This document shows, piece after piece, positions 43,117-43,260 of a stretch of 43,260 bases of DNA (the stretch's first letter is position 1; each line of letters opens with the position of its first letter). The translations under genes and the position numbers were made by a program. Where the stretch lies: assembly GCA_035553735.1 (NCBI GenBank), contig DATMJT010000312.1, forward strand, positions 1 through 43,260, in the 5' to 3' direction. Source of the stretch: Pilimelia sp. GTDB lineage: Bacteria; Actinomycetota; Actinomycetes; Mycobacteriales; Micromonosporaceae. The notes below the pieces were generated by a model that was not told the origin of the DNA, did no database searches, and was given only the letters and a program-made list of their open reading frames with translations.

Positions 43117-43260
43117 CGTGCGCTCACCTCCTCCCACCAGGTGCGGATGTGTTCTGTATATCACCGTGCCCGGGGGTGCGTGGGGGCGGAAAAGCCGGGC
43201 GACAGCGTCGTACCCGTACGGCAGAGTGTCAGGGGTGACCACGGCCGCCGCCCCTGACAC

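Overview
Very GC-rich, actinomycete-type chromosomal DNA (GC judged by eye; third codon positions are almost all G/C). I support about 30 protein genes. I found no rRNA, tRNA or CRISPR array.

(1) Positions 1-11430 look like a defence island.
- It holds a DISARM-like set: a drmB-like DUF1998 gene that runs off the 5' edge of the window, a translationally coupled drmC-like PLD nuclease, and a convergent 1356-aa Eco57I/PglX-type N6-adenine methyltransferase.
- This set is interrupted by a tightly linked two-gene cassette: an SF1 UvrD-like helicase with an N-terminal RelE/ParE-fold domain, followed by an AIPR abortive-infection protein.
- The island ends at about 500 bp of non-coding DNA and a frameshifted tyrosine-recombinase remnant.

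(2) Positions 16299-20199, minus strand, hold a three-gene operon coupled by overlapping stop and start codons.
- The genes are an NrtR-like Nudix-wHTH protein, a PNP/MTA-nucleosidase-family enzyme with an extra C-terminal module, and a 672-aa four-TM protein of unknown function.
- The last two share a short NIAxGxARVGVQA motif.
- I consider this operon the best candidate for an undescribed conflict, toxin or defence system, possibly acting by nucleotide depletion. The helicase-AIPR cassette is the second-best candidate.

(3) The remainder looks like ordinary actinomycete content.
- Regulators and signalling: a DGPF/YciI plus ECF42-like sigma pair, a MarR regulator, a PP2C phosphatase and an orphan methyl-accepting chemotaxis protein.
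- Secreted proteases: M4, S8 and S1.
- Other enzymes and membrane proteins: a CPBP protease, a YqeY-like protein, two SDR enzymes, an Eis-like GNAT, a TrmH methyltransferase and NhaA.
- Proteins of unclear role: an atypical Hsp70, an Asp-box repeat protein, DUF885 and a Uma2 endonuclease.
- There are also several in-frame and intergenic tandem repeats and three strong convergent-gene hairpins.

All family calls come from motifs I read in the translations. No database search was run.
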